A stretch of 63,127 nt of DNA, filler included, from Reticulomyxa filosa (lineage: Eukaryota > Protista > Foraminifera), in assembly GCA_000512085.1 (NCBI GenBank). It is 15 parts of 15 records of this genome, joined end to end, with 100 filler letters (N's around TTAATTAATTAA, not from the genome) between each part and the next. Parts side by side here need not be neighbours in the genome. Positions count along the whole stretch, not along the records: positions 24,716 to 26,609 come from ASPP01034631.1; positions 26,710 to 36,546 come from ASPP01003387.1; positions 36,647 to 38,378 come from ASPP01026254.1; 12 more parts are not named here. One strand, 5' to 3'. Positions 25,876-38,478 of the stretch are shown here, one piece after another. The translations under genes were made by a program, and so were the position numbers. Under the pieces are notes generated by a model that made no database searches, was not told where the DNA came from, and saw only the letters and a program-made list of their open reading frames with translations. Position 1 is the first letter of the stretch. Every line of letters begins with the position of its first letter.

Positions 25876-26315
25876 CGTTGTTTGTGACATTGAATATAGT
25901 GTGATTATTGACATAGCTTTTCCTTGTAATCTTATGGACAGCATGTGCAATAGTGTTACGTGTGGTCGAGATTGTCCTTGACATTGTGTACAATCGCAAA
26001 CGTAAAACGACTCGCGTTGTGTTTGCCATTAGCAGTTGGACAGTCACCTTGTTGAAAGGAATTGTCGCTGTAATGTATCTAGTCTTTGGATGCGTACTCC
26101 AACAGCGGACAAATACCAATGGATGGAACAAAAGCTGTGCAAGGCTTCAAACTGCAGACTCCTTGCAGCTGCACGTGCAATTTATACTTCAACTTGTATT
26201 TGATTGTGAAAACGATTCTCGTGGTCACTAACTTGTCGTTTTTGGTTGAATGATGGCTGATGATGTGATCAAGAATTAATATTTATATTTGATGAAATGT
26301 AACATTCATGTACGT

Positions 26316-26565
26316 AAAATTGCGCAACAGATGGACGACGACCCTGCACTAAGTATCGTAGAACACATGGATTATGTGCATAGAGACAACTCGAATGCAT
26401 AACTAAAATGCAAGGAGCTCGACACCACCATCGTCGATTATGTCTCTACCAGGACTATCGCAACCAATCGAGCCAGTATTCGTCGCGGCGCGACAACATC
26501 AAGACCAAGCACGTGACCAATATCACCAATCTCAGTAATTGGAATGAGGTCACTCGAAGGATCCA
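26316..26565 (+). pseudogene. Decayed casein kinase 1-like fragment
   Basis: KIAQQM..IVEHMDYVHRD in one frame, then IVDY, YRNQ..Q..RDN and NEVTRR, paralleling CK1 LADQM..IHRD..IDFG..YRD..EQSRRDD. Confidence 0.45.
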
Positions 26566-26609
26566 TTTTGCTTTTGTCTTCTTTCTTTGTGGGATCACTC
26601 AATTACGAT

Positions 26610-26709
26610 NNNNNNNNNNNNNNNNNNNNNNNNNNNNNNNNNNNNNNNNNNNNTTAATTAATTAANNNNNNNNNNNNNNNNNNNNNNNNNNNNNNNNNNN
26701 NNNNNNNNN
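26610..26709. other. Artificial contig spacer
   Basis: N44-TTAATTAATTAA-N44. Confidence 0.98.
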
Positions 26710-27560
26710 CATTACAACAAATATTGGATCAGAGATTGAGGCAATGAAACTTGCATTGGAATACATTGGTAATCATTACAAATCCCATTATGGAAGAATG
26801 ATTATCCTGACCGATTGCAAGTTCGTTATCAATGCAATATTCAATAAATGAGATTCAGACATCTATAAAGTTCCAATTATGTATTGTTAAAAGATTTTAA
26901 GATTTTTATGATGATAATGTCCCAGAGATCTACTGGTCATTCTGGTATCTCTGGTAATGATAAAGTGGATCTTGTTGTAAATAATGCCCGCAAGAAAGAG
27001 TTGCAATTGCAACCAGATTTAAGTCAACAACACAGATCAGCTGTGTTCCTAAATAATTATAGATTGAATCCATATTTTACATAGCAATGGAACATATATT
27101 GTATTTGTGAAGGTATTGATAATCCAAGACATATACTATCTAACCTGATGGAGGCTCAATCATTTGAAAAGATTGCATTCATTGACATTTAGTGAACGCA
27201 AATTATTTGTCGGTTGATTACTGGCAAAGTTGGATTAAATTATTATTTGTACAACATCCAAAGATCAGATTCTCCTGATTGTATTTGGTTTGAAAAAGAA
27301 TATACTGTTGAACATTTCTTGATAGAATGTTTGCAGTACATTGAATTACGTCGCAATTGGTGGGCAAATGTCCAAGAATTGCTTCCAGATATCAATGTAT
27401 TGTCACTGTCAATGAAACAATTTATTATTAGTGATCGATCGCGGAAACCAGATGTCAGGATCAAAGTTGCAAAAGCAGCAGCCAAGTTCGCTATCGATAC
27501 CAAGAGAAAGATTTGAATAATTATCCAGTTTCTTCAAGTAAATCTCAATTTAAATTTAAA
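26710..27560 (+). mobile_element. Degenerate non-LTR retrotransposon (LINE) 3' end: RNase H plus C-terminal zinc knuckle
   Basis: GSEIEAMKLALEY..IILTDCKFVI and PEIYW/GHSGISGNDKVD (RNase H); RLITGKVGLNYYLY..SDSPDCIW..YTVEHFLIEC (CCHC-type knuckle, one Cys lost); internal stops and frameshifts. Confidence 0.85.
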
Positions 27561-27648
27561 TAACTTTATTATTTTTCTTTTGATTATTTTGCATGTACCT
27601 TTTGGTCTTTATAAGATTTTGTCTTTCTTTGGTTTTGCGTTTCTTTTT

Positions 27649-27748
27649 GGAGTGTTGTTAAGAAGGTTTCACCTACAAGGGGTCTCACAGTTCCTTTATT
27701 TGAACTTGTATAATATTGCTTTACCCTATGCTGAACCGACGACACTCC
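27649..27748 (-). other. Degenerate hammerhead-ribozyme-like motif inside a hairpin
   Basis: Minus strand CTG-TGA GACC ccttgta GGT GAAAC, enclosed by GGAGTGTCGT/ACAACACTCC; similar to 52133-52171. Confidence 0.3.
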
Positions 27749-28888
27749 CCTAAATGAATTGCAACAAAACACGTTGCCAAAAACAGTAACAAAAGGGAAG
27801 GGGTCACATTCCACTCACAATATTACAAATCCAAGTACTTTATATCACTAAAAAAAATTTTTACTAGTTCTTTCTTGGCCCGAAAAGTCTTGATTAACTT
27901 TCTTGAACGAAACGAAGCTGAAGCACATTGAAATTTGTATTTGTTGAACATTTATAAATTTTGTATGCTTATATAATATATTGTACTTGGACAAACTTGG
28001 TTTGACACTTTTTTATATACTTATATTGTTGGCCGACCTGGTACTCGTTCCCCAGTATTAAGATATCCTTACTCTGAGACTGTCGTCTCAAAGAAGAACT
28101 GACAATTTTTTTGGAAAATTCCAATCAAATTTTCTTTCAAAATAAACTTCAAATCTTGAAGACGCCGAAGTATCTTGAAAAAAACACTTTTGCAAGCAAG
28201 TTAATAATAATGAATTAAACTGTAAAAGATAACAATTGTAATCGGAGCATTTTAACAAAAAACAAATTCAATAATTTATTATATTCTTGGATAGTGTGTC
28301 TTTTAGTAAATGCTTTTGCGTAGTAATCATCACCCAGATTTTGATTTGAAGCATCAAAAATGTCGAATATTACGTTACAACTAACATTTCCTAGCTCAAA
28401 CTGTGCCTTATCATATACCAAATTATTCAAGATATGCATTATCTAGCAAATACACTATATCTTGTATTCGAATAATGAATACAAAATAAATAAATGAAGT
28501 AATTGACACTGAAGAGATACGATCAAAATTAGATGGTGAAGATCACGATATTAGAGCAATTTATTGTTCAAAGAAATCAGTCCATAGTACACGACATAAA
28601 CTGCCTATAGCTTGGATCGACTTTCTTTAAAAAATAAATTGTAATTTACGTAAAAAATCAAGCAAGTCCAAACTTAGATATTGTTTTCCCTGATGAAAAA
28701 ATTTGACCATCAAATTAATGGCCAGGGTGAAACGTACGATACGAAAGAATTTTAACCCTTTTTTTCAACTGAACTTTTGTGTTTTGCTTACAAAGGGGGA
28801 AAAACAAAAGAAAAACAACATATGAGTCTAAAAAGCAAAGGTCAAGCAGATTGAAGAACCCTCTTGCCAACAAAAAATCAATAAATGG

Positions 28889-30704
28889 TCACGCATTCGT
28901 GGTATCATATTCATTGTCGTCAAATTTTTTGCTAACACAATGCCATACTTTGATATCTTTGCTGTTGGATGCTGACACTAGCATCTCCAAAGCAGGATTC
29001 CAATCAATGCTGGACACAAACAAATCATGGGCATTTTGGATAACACTAACTTGTCGTTGCTTTACCAAATCCCAAATCTTAATGCTTTTGTCGTCCGCAC
29101 ACGAGATTAGGTATTTACCACAGGGATGGAATAACACAGATCTTACCCAGCTACCATGCCCTTTCTAATCAATCCATACAAAAAAAAATGTGAAGAAAAA
29201 AACGACAAAGAAAAAAGAAACCTTTCATATTCTTACCAGAATAAATGCAGGTCTTTCATTTTGTAAGTCCCAAATAATGACATTTTTATCTCGTGCTCCT
29301 GAAGCAAGAAATCTAGGTTTCCATTCAGATTGAGTCAGCTGGTCTTGGTCGTCTTCATTGTTTTCTTCATTGTTGTCATGAGTACTTCCATTTTTGACCA
29401 CTCCATTTCTTTCCGTTTTCGATTCGGTGCCATTTTCTTCCATTTCTGCTTTCTTCCCATACAACATTTCATCTGTATTTTGATTTGAAAATGCCAGACA
29501 TTCCACCACGTGTTCATGTCCTCGAAGAACGCTCAAGCATTTCAAAGATCGGCTATCCCAAATGCGAACAGTCTTTTGTGAAGGAGAAAAAAGGCAAAGG
29601 GGGACACAACAACAAAAAAAATGATGCAAAAGTTCAGCGCAGCCACAGTATTATAATAATATATTGGATCAACACAACAAAGCCCATTAAAAGGAAACAA
29701 CTTCATTCCACCTGATCAGTCCCAGCAGAAGCAAGCAATGAGCCATCCATACTTAGACAAACTTTTTTGACCCACTCGCCTCCATGAGCATTTTGAATGG
29801 TTTGAGTATTGAATCCCGATTCCAAGTCCCACAAACGAATAGTTCCATCACGACCACAAGAAATAATTTGATTCCACTGACCAGGCATTCGTAAAAAAGT
29901 AACACCGTAACACTGTGGTCATGTCCATTCAGAGTCTTCATACAGCGAAATTCGTCTTCAAAATTCCAAATTCGCAAGTTTGTATCGGCACTACAACTGA
30001 CCAGTAATGTCCCATTATGATTAAACGAAATATCATGCACTACATCCGTGTGGCCTTTCAAAAACTTCACGTTGCTGCCGTCTTCAAAGTCCCAAACACC
30101 TATCATACAATCGTCACTTGCGCTCGCGATCCATGTTGTATTCTTTTTTTTCCCCCATTTTTTTTAATGTTGATATTTTTCGCATGCATACGTTTTTGGT
30201 GCGGTTTTTTTTTTTGTGAGTGCGAAAATTCGAAGAAAAAAAATTAACGGGATGGAAAATGACTTTGTTGATTGGTCTTCTGTGACCAGTCATTTGAAAT
30301 TTGACCTCGTTTGGCAGGGAATCACCAAATTCGACTTTATTGGCCAATGCATGTCCATATTGAAATGGCAAAGCTTGTTTCAATTCGTTTTCTTTACTGT
30401 CTAATTGGCTCTGCAATTCGTGCACTTTTTTTGTCAAGGCAATTATTGCTGTCCATTTTTTTTCCAATGCACGTGTTGATTGTGTTGGTAACTCGCTCTT
30501 GCTTTCTTCTTTAAATGCTTCAACACTTTTACTGTATCCATTGTCGTTCAGATATTCTAAAACTGCTTCATTTCTTTTGTGTATGTTTATTTTTACTTTT
30601 ACTTTCGGTAAGTCAGCCAGAAACTAATTAAACAAAAATTTTCTGTTAAAAATAGCATAAAATCCTCACAAAGCTTGCTTTTGCTTCTGTGTTAGGGAGG
30701 ACAT
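28889..30704 (-). CDS. LIS1: LIS1/NudF/Pac1 dynein regulator (LisH, coiled coil, WD40)
   Basis: MSSLTQKQKQAL|NEAVLEYL..GY, LEKKWTAIIALTKKVHEL, GHRRPINKVIFHP, LKGHTDVVHDISF, GHDHSV, LRGHEHVVEC, SGARDK, GHGSWVRSVLFHPCGKYLISCADDK. Confidence 0.95.
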
Positions 30705-31104
30705 TGCTTTGAATTGAGAATAATAAGTATAATTAAAATTTTGAGATAAGTCAAACTACCATGCGTTGTATTCCCCTGCAAAGTTCGCCCCGTCAGCTGC
30801 TCAAGTACATGAGTTACGGTGTCCAGATAATCCGGCTCAAACATAAAATGAAGAATGTTATTGTTTGACTTTACTAAATCTAAGTAAAATGAAAGTCAAA
30901 TGAAAAGTTGACGGAAAACACTGAGTGTAGCAAAACGTAGGTCAAGTGGTTTAATTTAGTTTTCGGGAGTTTGCCCAACTTTTTCCCGATAAAAACTTAT
31001 CCTGACAATATGAAATGGGAAGGAACAGAGAAAAGAAAGCTAAATGAGGAAAAACCATCAAAAAAAGATTTCCCTCCTCTTCTTTTCTCTTTTATTCAGA
31101 ACAG

Positions 31105-34100
31105 TCAATGCCTTTCGGGAACGTGTGAATTTGTATGATTTGCATCACCATAGGTTGGATTATCAATAAGAAAAGCCATGTCTGATGTTGTTTTATTTTT
31201 TTTAATATGATCAGAAGAGTCATGTTCGGTGCTGTAATCTTCATAATCTTGTTGAACAATAAATAGTTTGTGTTGATCGTCTAATCCCTTGTGACCGACA
31301 TAGGAATGAGAGTGTTCCATCAATTCCTCAGAATCGGTCAATAAGTGCACATTTGTTTCAGGAGTGGCAAAAGTGCAGTCCTCTTTTGCTTTTCCCTGTT
31401 TTTTTTGTTTGAAAGCGAATAAAAAGGATAAGAGACTATTGTGTATTCCGAGTATTTTATGTAAAGATTGTAAGATATGGATATCCATATAACAAATAGA
31501 TTAACCTGTCCATGAGCGGTGTTTTGGAGAACGACGGTTTTAGCAAGTTGCGAAATGGGAATGACATTGTTAAAGTTGTCTGTGTATAAATAATTGGTTG
31601 GATAGCTGAGTCTATTCTCGCTGAGTTTGTGCTCACTAATTTCGACGGATATGTCACTTTGGATTTCATGATCAGCATTGGGTTCGTTTGAAGAAAAGGT
31701 CTTGTAATTTTTTTTGTGACTTTGAGTGGCACTGTGAGACGGAGTGATAGGACGTTTGTACGTATCATGATTAAGAGACTGACTGTGATTCTGATGTTGG
31801 ATTTTATTTGGAGTTGGATCGTTGTCGTGCAAATTCCAATGACAAACGTAATTCCAAATGCAGTTGCAACAGCGATAAGCAAAATACAATAGCATAACAG
31901 TCAGACAAGACGATAACGGCAAAAAAAAGCCTAAGAAAATGTGGATTTCTGCTTCCACGGCCGACAGTTGATCCATGAGAATACACACAGCAGTGCCGCC
32001 AATAATAATACCGCAATGACGAGCGTAGGACAGTACTTCAAAAGGGGGCTTTCGATAGCGAATCTCGCTGTTGTGTCGTTCGTACAAATAACTGATGAGC
32101 ATAACAAACAGCTGCTCAGTCAACTCAAGACACGTACCTTTTGTTGTATGTATGAATTGTGTTTGTGGCATTGATATTAATCAATGGAGTAATAATAATA
32201 AAGAATGAGAAAAATAAACAAGTAATACCGATAAGTGCAAACAAGATCCAAGAGGATAACGAGATAATGGATGAAATAGCAAATGGATGTTGGGAATAAG
32301 TAAACAACGAGAAGCTGTAATTCTCTAAAACGATAACAGCATCAATACCTGCAAGTCCACCCGAAACACAGACAATGACAACAATAACTATAAAGCGCTG
32401 CCACCACTCAAAATATCTTTTTTGTTGTTGTAATTCTATCTGACGTGCCAATGGCAGAGCTGTCATAAAGCCCAACTCCATGACAAATAGCATGAATCCA
32501 ATTTCCCACGGTTTTTGTAAAATGTGCGTTTGCACATAGGCAACGTAACACAGACTATATTCTATTTCACACATGTGCATCAATATTGAATACTTTGTTT
32601 GGAAGCGAACATACATACGCAAAGATTAGTTTCAATCAAACAAATGACACTTAACGAACATAAGATATCAAAGCATTGCCTAAAACAACAGTGGTGATTG
32701 CAGAAAACATCTTTATATTGCCAAGCCATACAAATACAAAGTTATCTCCTCGCATTATCTTTATGCTTGTCTTTAATGCTGGCATTGGTATCCCTTTTTT
32801 AAAAAAGTGTTTTCTTTGATATCTTGAACAATTTGGGGAAATAAAAAACAGTGTTAACCATTGATCGGAGTGTATTCAATAACAACTTCATCCAAGCTTT
32901 GAGGATCTTCGTCTAGCAATTCTTCTTCGCTGGTTAGTGCATCACTCTCTTCATCCGATGCATCTTCTTCGTCGTCCTCATCAATTTTATTTGAGTTATC
33001 ATTGTTTTTATTTTTATTATTATCATTATCACTTTGATTATGGACATTCTGATGTTCATTCTTGTAATGGCTATCATGTTCGATATGACCATGATCATGA
33101 TTGCTATTGTCATATGAATGTCTTTCGTCTTGTTGTTCTTGTTCGTCTGAATTGTAGTGATGAAAACTATACTCGTCTTCTCCGTTGGGTGTGTCCACAT
33201 CAATTGGATTGACATTGATTCTGGGAGAGTGATATCTCGAACCAGGATGTTTACCAACATAACCATACTGTTCCATTCGTTTTTTTTTTGTTCAATCGCT
33301 TTTATTTGTCCACTTTCTTCGCTTTTTTCTACCGCGCATTTCGTATTGTTACCGTGCTCGCTCCCATTATCTTATTATATGTATGTGTGTGTATGTGTAT
33401 ATGTATATATGTGTATGTGTATATGTATATATGTGTATGTGTATATGTATGTATATGTGTGTATATCTGTTTTCCTGCGTCCTGTGTTCTTATGCTATTC
33501 TCAAGCAGTTGCATGTGTGGTTTGACAAGGTCACATGATACCTGCATTACGACTGGCCGACGTCACAATATCACAGTACGAAGGTCGATGACGCACCGGC
33601 AAGGAGTAGCGGGGATATGGAGGGGAATGAGGATGCGAGGGATAGAGCTGACGGTGTTGTGAATAAGACGTTTTCCAATTGTTGTTATGCAATGGCACGT
33701 GGGTTATTGGTTCGTAATCTCGCTTTTGAAATAGATTTGCAATCCAGGAAAAGCATTGTCCACAGCAAATGTATCGAATGCACTGACATAAGCACCGACA
33801 AATGTTATACATGATGAGACAGCAGAACCCTCGTCCATGCCAAAATGAGAGTTTGTTTGCTGTTGGAGTGAAGTCACGATTGAATTCTTCAAGTCCTCTT
33901 CAACACACACACATACATATGCATACAAATATATACATATGCATACAAATATATACATATATGTATATATTTGTATAGGTCGCTATAGCTCAAAGCATAA
34001 AAGACAAGTCAAACTTGCGTTGAATCCATTGTGACCACAACAAAAGACCCGGACAACAATGAACCAAACATGAATATCTGGGATAGCTATGAATGACATG

Positions 34101-35070
34101 TTTAACGCGGTAATGGCGATGATGATGATGATGATGATGATGGCGATTATGATGACGATAGATGTTGCTGGAATGTGAATGTGCATACAATCTGGAATCC
34201 AGCGTTTTTAGTGGAATCGTCTGCTCAAACATTGGGTCATGGACAATGAAGCTACCTTTCATCGATTGTTCTGAGTCACATCGACTACAACATAAAAATA
34301 AGCCATGTAAATGATAAACACAGACCCATGAAAGAGTATGAGTCGACTAATCCAATAGATTGGTATCCTCAACATCACTAAGGCATCTGTCTCTCCTTGT
34401 CTATTACTGCCCATCAACACACCTATTACAATCGGGAAACACAATCGACCCATCCTCGCTACTTTTGATGTTATATATCTGGCAAATTCTGCCTTGTCGC
34501 TTTGCATTGTATATAGTATCAACACTTGACAACTCACTACCACTCCATTTGCGCAAATTCCTTATTTTTTTTTTTTTTTTGCATGTGTATGTTTGTCCGT
34601 GTTTTCTCTTTCTTCTTCTCTCGTTTTTGTACCTTGAATGAATCGGATCAAACACAGTGTCAACCAGTCATTGTTCAAATTTCGACCAAACATCAATGTC
34701 GAATAAAAAAGAGCTCCTGTCGCCATTGTCATTGGAATACAATAACCCAAATAGTATACCACAGTGAACATTATGTCCATACACAATATGTAACCGATTG
34801 ACTATTCATCCACATTTTTAAAGTTTGTGCATGTGTGCTTCTTGCACATCCGACAAAAAAAACAACATAAAATTTTTTAACAAAGGAAGAGTAGATCAAT
34901 CCCATGAACAAATATATGTTGCTTGTTTTCTCTTTCCCAAGCACTGGAAGAAGTGGAAGATAGCCCCACAAACATGAGCACTCTAACAATGTGCCAAAAG
35001 AGGCTATGAAAACAACTAGTAGATGAAACCATGTGAGAGATTTTATTCCTATAATATTATCAAAACTCAT
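31105..35070 (-). CDS. Divergent major facilitator superfamily-like transporter with a very long central loop and C-terminal tail
   Basis: Two blocks of hydrophobic helices; LLPVL after TM1, LCLIRFIQG|ICANG (MFS TM4 motif RxxQG), GIIIGG in the penultimate helix; His/Asp/Asn-rich loop 32850-34260. A frame discontinuity lies near 34294-34298. Confidence 0.6.
33378..33466. repeat. Intronic (TA/TG)n microsatellite, typical of many in the window
   Basis: Alternating TATG/TGTG/TATA run. Confidence 0.9.
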
Positions 35071-35257
35071 TCCAACAGTTTCGTGGAAGACATATTTGCT
35101 TCCCCTTTTCAACAGTTTTGGTCAATAACTTAGAATTACAACAAATAATGACACACAACAAGAATTTCAACTACATTCATATTGTTAATGTTATCAAGGC
35201 TAATTTCGGACAGGAAAAAAAAAAAAACGCAAAGGAGATTCTTTTCTAATTTATAAT

Positions 35258-36546
35258 ATGGCAAACAAACAAACTGGTGGTAATGAATCATCAACTGAAT
35301 CCATCATTGAAGAAGTAGAGGTAGAATTTAAAAAGTATCGGTTGGTGTGTGATATTTGCTCAGAGCCTAAAAAAGGTTTGTCTCGTACAAACAAGTTTCT
35401 GAAAAAAGTAATGTATTTGATTGCCAACGAAAAAAGTTGATTGATTGTGGATTACACCAGACACAGATCTGAACTTTAAACCTTGTGAAGTTTTGTTTTT
35501 GGATCAAATAAAAATTCCTTTGTTTCATGAATTTGTTTCCATTGCAAAATAAATAACCAAACAACAAACATTGAACAGAACAAAAAATGTTCCTATTCGG
35601 TCTGCCAGGAGTGTTTTCGTAAATGGAAAGTTAAGTGATTGGAAGGATAGAATCTTTTAAATAGATAAATGGTAATATTGAATCGATTTCCAATCTGTTG
35701 GTCTTGTGGGGTGGTTTTTTGCAAAAAAATTGTGTAAAAGGCCGAATTTGTCCATACCGCAGGTCATGAAACTTATCCCTTTTCGTGTGTTCATTGCTCT
35801 CAACCGTACAACGAAGTTTGGAGAAGAAATTGTCACTCTTTATTTGTGTTGCACAGAGAGAGAGAGAGAGAGACGAGAACGATCTTGGAATTGTGTGTGT
35901 GATTGAGAAGCAATTGGATAATAATAAAAAGAACAATAATACAATAAACCTATAAATAAAATAAAAGGAATATATAAAACAATTGCAACCAACCTCGGAA
36001 CAGTTAGTGACACAAATCCACGCAGAGTACATTCGCAAACTTGAAGAGAAAGAGAACAAGCATAAAAAAACGGCCGTTGGTATTGGCGAAAATATTTGTT
36101 TTGTTGTTATATATTTGTTGTGAATAACTAAAAAAGACATCAAGAAAAACAAACAACAAAAAAAAAGGAGAAAAAAGTGAAGGAGAAGAAGAAGAAGAAA
36201 AAAAACAAAAGAGAGCGAAGGAAGCCATAAAAAAAAAAAGCAAAAAAAAATGACTCGAAGAAAGAACGGAGAAGGCGAGGTAAAAAGAAAGAAAAGCAAG
36301 AAAAAACACAAGGAAAGAAGACAAAGATATGAGAGCAGTGAAGACGAAAACGAGGGCAGCGACGACAGAAAACAAACGGAACGGTCTTCGAAAAAAAAGA
36401 AAGATAAAACAACTACAAAACATAGATCGACAACGAAAAAAAAAAAAGAAAAAGAAAAAGAAAAAAAGAGGGAAAGAGAAAGAAATAAAAGAAAGGAAGA
36501 AAAAAAAAAAGACAGAGACAAGGAAAAAGAAAAAGAAAAAGAAAAA
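35258..36546 (+). CDS. Multi-exon protein with an N-terminal Cys cluster (zinc-finger-like) and Lys/Arg/Glu-rich C-terminus (3' truncated)
   Basis: MANKQTGG..CDICSEP, later PCEVL and CSYSVCQECFRKW exons, then KE/KR-rich low complexity. Confidence 0.5.
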
Positions 36547-36646
36547 NNNNNNNNNNNNNNNNNNNNNNNNNNNNNNNNNNNNNNNNNNNNTTAATTAATT
36601 AANNNNNNNNNNNNNNNNNNNNNNNNNNNNNNNNNNNNNNNNNNNN
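36547..36646. other. Artificial contig spacer
   Basis: N44-TTAATTAATTAA-N44. Confidence 0.98.
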
Positions 36647-36829
36647 TCATATTGGCGTCTTGGTGGCAATGTTCAAATTTGTAAATATGTCTAGTAGGAA
36701 ATCCTCCGGCATTAAAACAAGATCAGTGTTACAAACTCAAAATGTCGCTGTCAAAAAGGAGATAGAATTGGTATTGTCGTGACTGTCGTCGATATGTACA
36801 GAAAAATTAAATATGTGTGTACGTACATA

Positions 36830-37100
36830 GAATCAGTTCAAGTGAATTCGAGACAAGCATTTATTGGAGTGGTCGTCTTTACTCTTTCTTCGATTTCACC
36901 ATCATCCCACCAATCACAACAATCTCCAAGCTGTGTGTTATCGAAGCATTGAATGCCTTTTATCATCGTCAACAGAATCTATTTGTACTGTTGATGGGCA
37001 CTTGAGCTCCTCCAACAATAGCGCTGCTCGAATTGCATTGTCCCCAAGTTGTGTTGCCACGAGTTATCCAAACATTGAACGTGACCAGCCAAATTATTAA
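36830..37100 (+). pseudogene. Possible decayed PPP-family phosphatase fragment
   Basis: RLYSFFD, ECL and IVNRIYLYC/GHLS remnants loosely parallel IYGFYDE..NCLP..IV..KIFCxHGGLS; no intact ORF. Confidence 0.2.
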
Positions 37101-38378
37101 TGCGGTTACTAACTCGTTGCCATCATTGTCGGATAAATATATTGTGCGATAAAGGCATCACTTGAAAACAGCTTGGACATAATTGCATTGTGAAAAAACG
37201 TCCAACAAGCAGGCCGATTAACTGGTATTGGAGGAAAACAGGTCACAAGTATATCAACAATAATAAATATGCAGTATCACGAACCACCATCGAGGATGAA
37301 GGAGACAATGTGAATTTATATCCATCATATTTCATCTCGATATATCGCAATGATGGCTCAAAAGTGGATTGCTCGTGATAAGTCCACACAGTACAAGAAA
37401 AGAAAAGATATCTTTATCAGGAGCTATGGGAAAAAAAAGGCAAGAACAGCAAAACAACAAAATGGCAAACGTCGGTCAGGTGCGAAGGAAACAAGCTATA
37501 TTTGAAGTTTGGTTTATATATTTATTCTTGTATCATATGTTCAGTGGTTGTAATATGTCTCAATCAAAGCAATGTGAACCTAGATCATTTCGCTGTGAAG
37601 TGTTTTACTTGGTTGGAGTAAGAGAAAGAAGAAAAAAAAATCAACATGGACCAATTTGCGCAAAGAAACAAAACGTATCCAAATCTACAGAGAATAGGTA
37701 AATGAAGGGACCAACACAATAAATCCCTAGGAGGTAACGGTACGTATTTCATCAAGGCAATGGGACCGTTATGGACGATACACAGAAACGAACGCAAGTG
37801 ACAATGGAAATATTACGTGTTTGCAATTGCACAACATTAAGCTTTTCAAAGACACATCCAAAGTCAATGGGGCTAATTCATTACAAACAACCAACGTGCA
37901 TTATTCAATTATCTGGCTAATCAGATATTGGTGTCGGTTTCATTCACATGTATTTGCGATATGTTGTACGTAACTCCAAATGTTACATACACATCAGATA
38001 CGCAAATTGGTAATATTTCCGTGTTGGTGGAAAAAATTACAACTATGGTACATTGCAATTCGATCAATTATTGTATCGTTTTTCGATACAAAAGAACTTT
38101 ATTATCGTTACAAGCAAGATTGGAATGAAATAGTTGGACTATTTATATTGTATGGTTCATTCAAACGCGCAAAGTTATTCAAGTTAATAATTTATATTTT
38201 CTTTCTAAGCAATTTAAATTGATTTGTTGTTGTTGTTTTGTTTTTCTCAAAGTAGTACTCTTAAGCCACAAGAAGTAGAATTGATAATGGACCAGGTGAT
38301 AGAATCACAAATGAAGAAGAAGAACGTATAAGAATATTGAAATAAATTGTGCAACCTTCATGGTCATGTTGAACCATT

Positions 38379-38478
38379 NNNNNNNNNNNNNNNNNNNNNN
38401 NNNNNNNNNNNNNNNNNNNNNNTTAATTAATTAANNNNNNNNNNNNNNNNNNNNNNNNNNNNNNNNNNNNNNNNNNNN
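38379..38478. other. Artificial contig spacer
   Basis: N44-TTAATTAATTAA-N44. Confidence 0.98.

Noticed and set aside
28020-28620. Possible decayed coding remnant on the minus strand
   Set aside because: Multiple stops and no family recognised.
37540-38000. Possible kinase remnant (FAVK-like motif)
   Set aside because: Too degenerate to support by eye.
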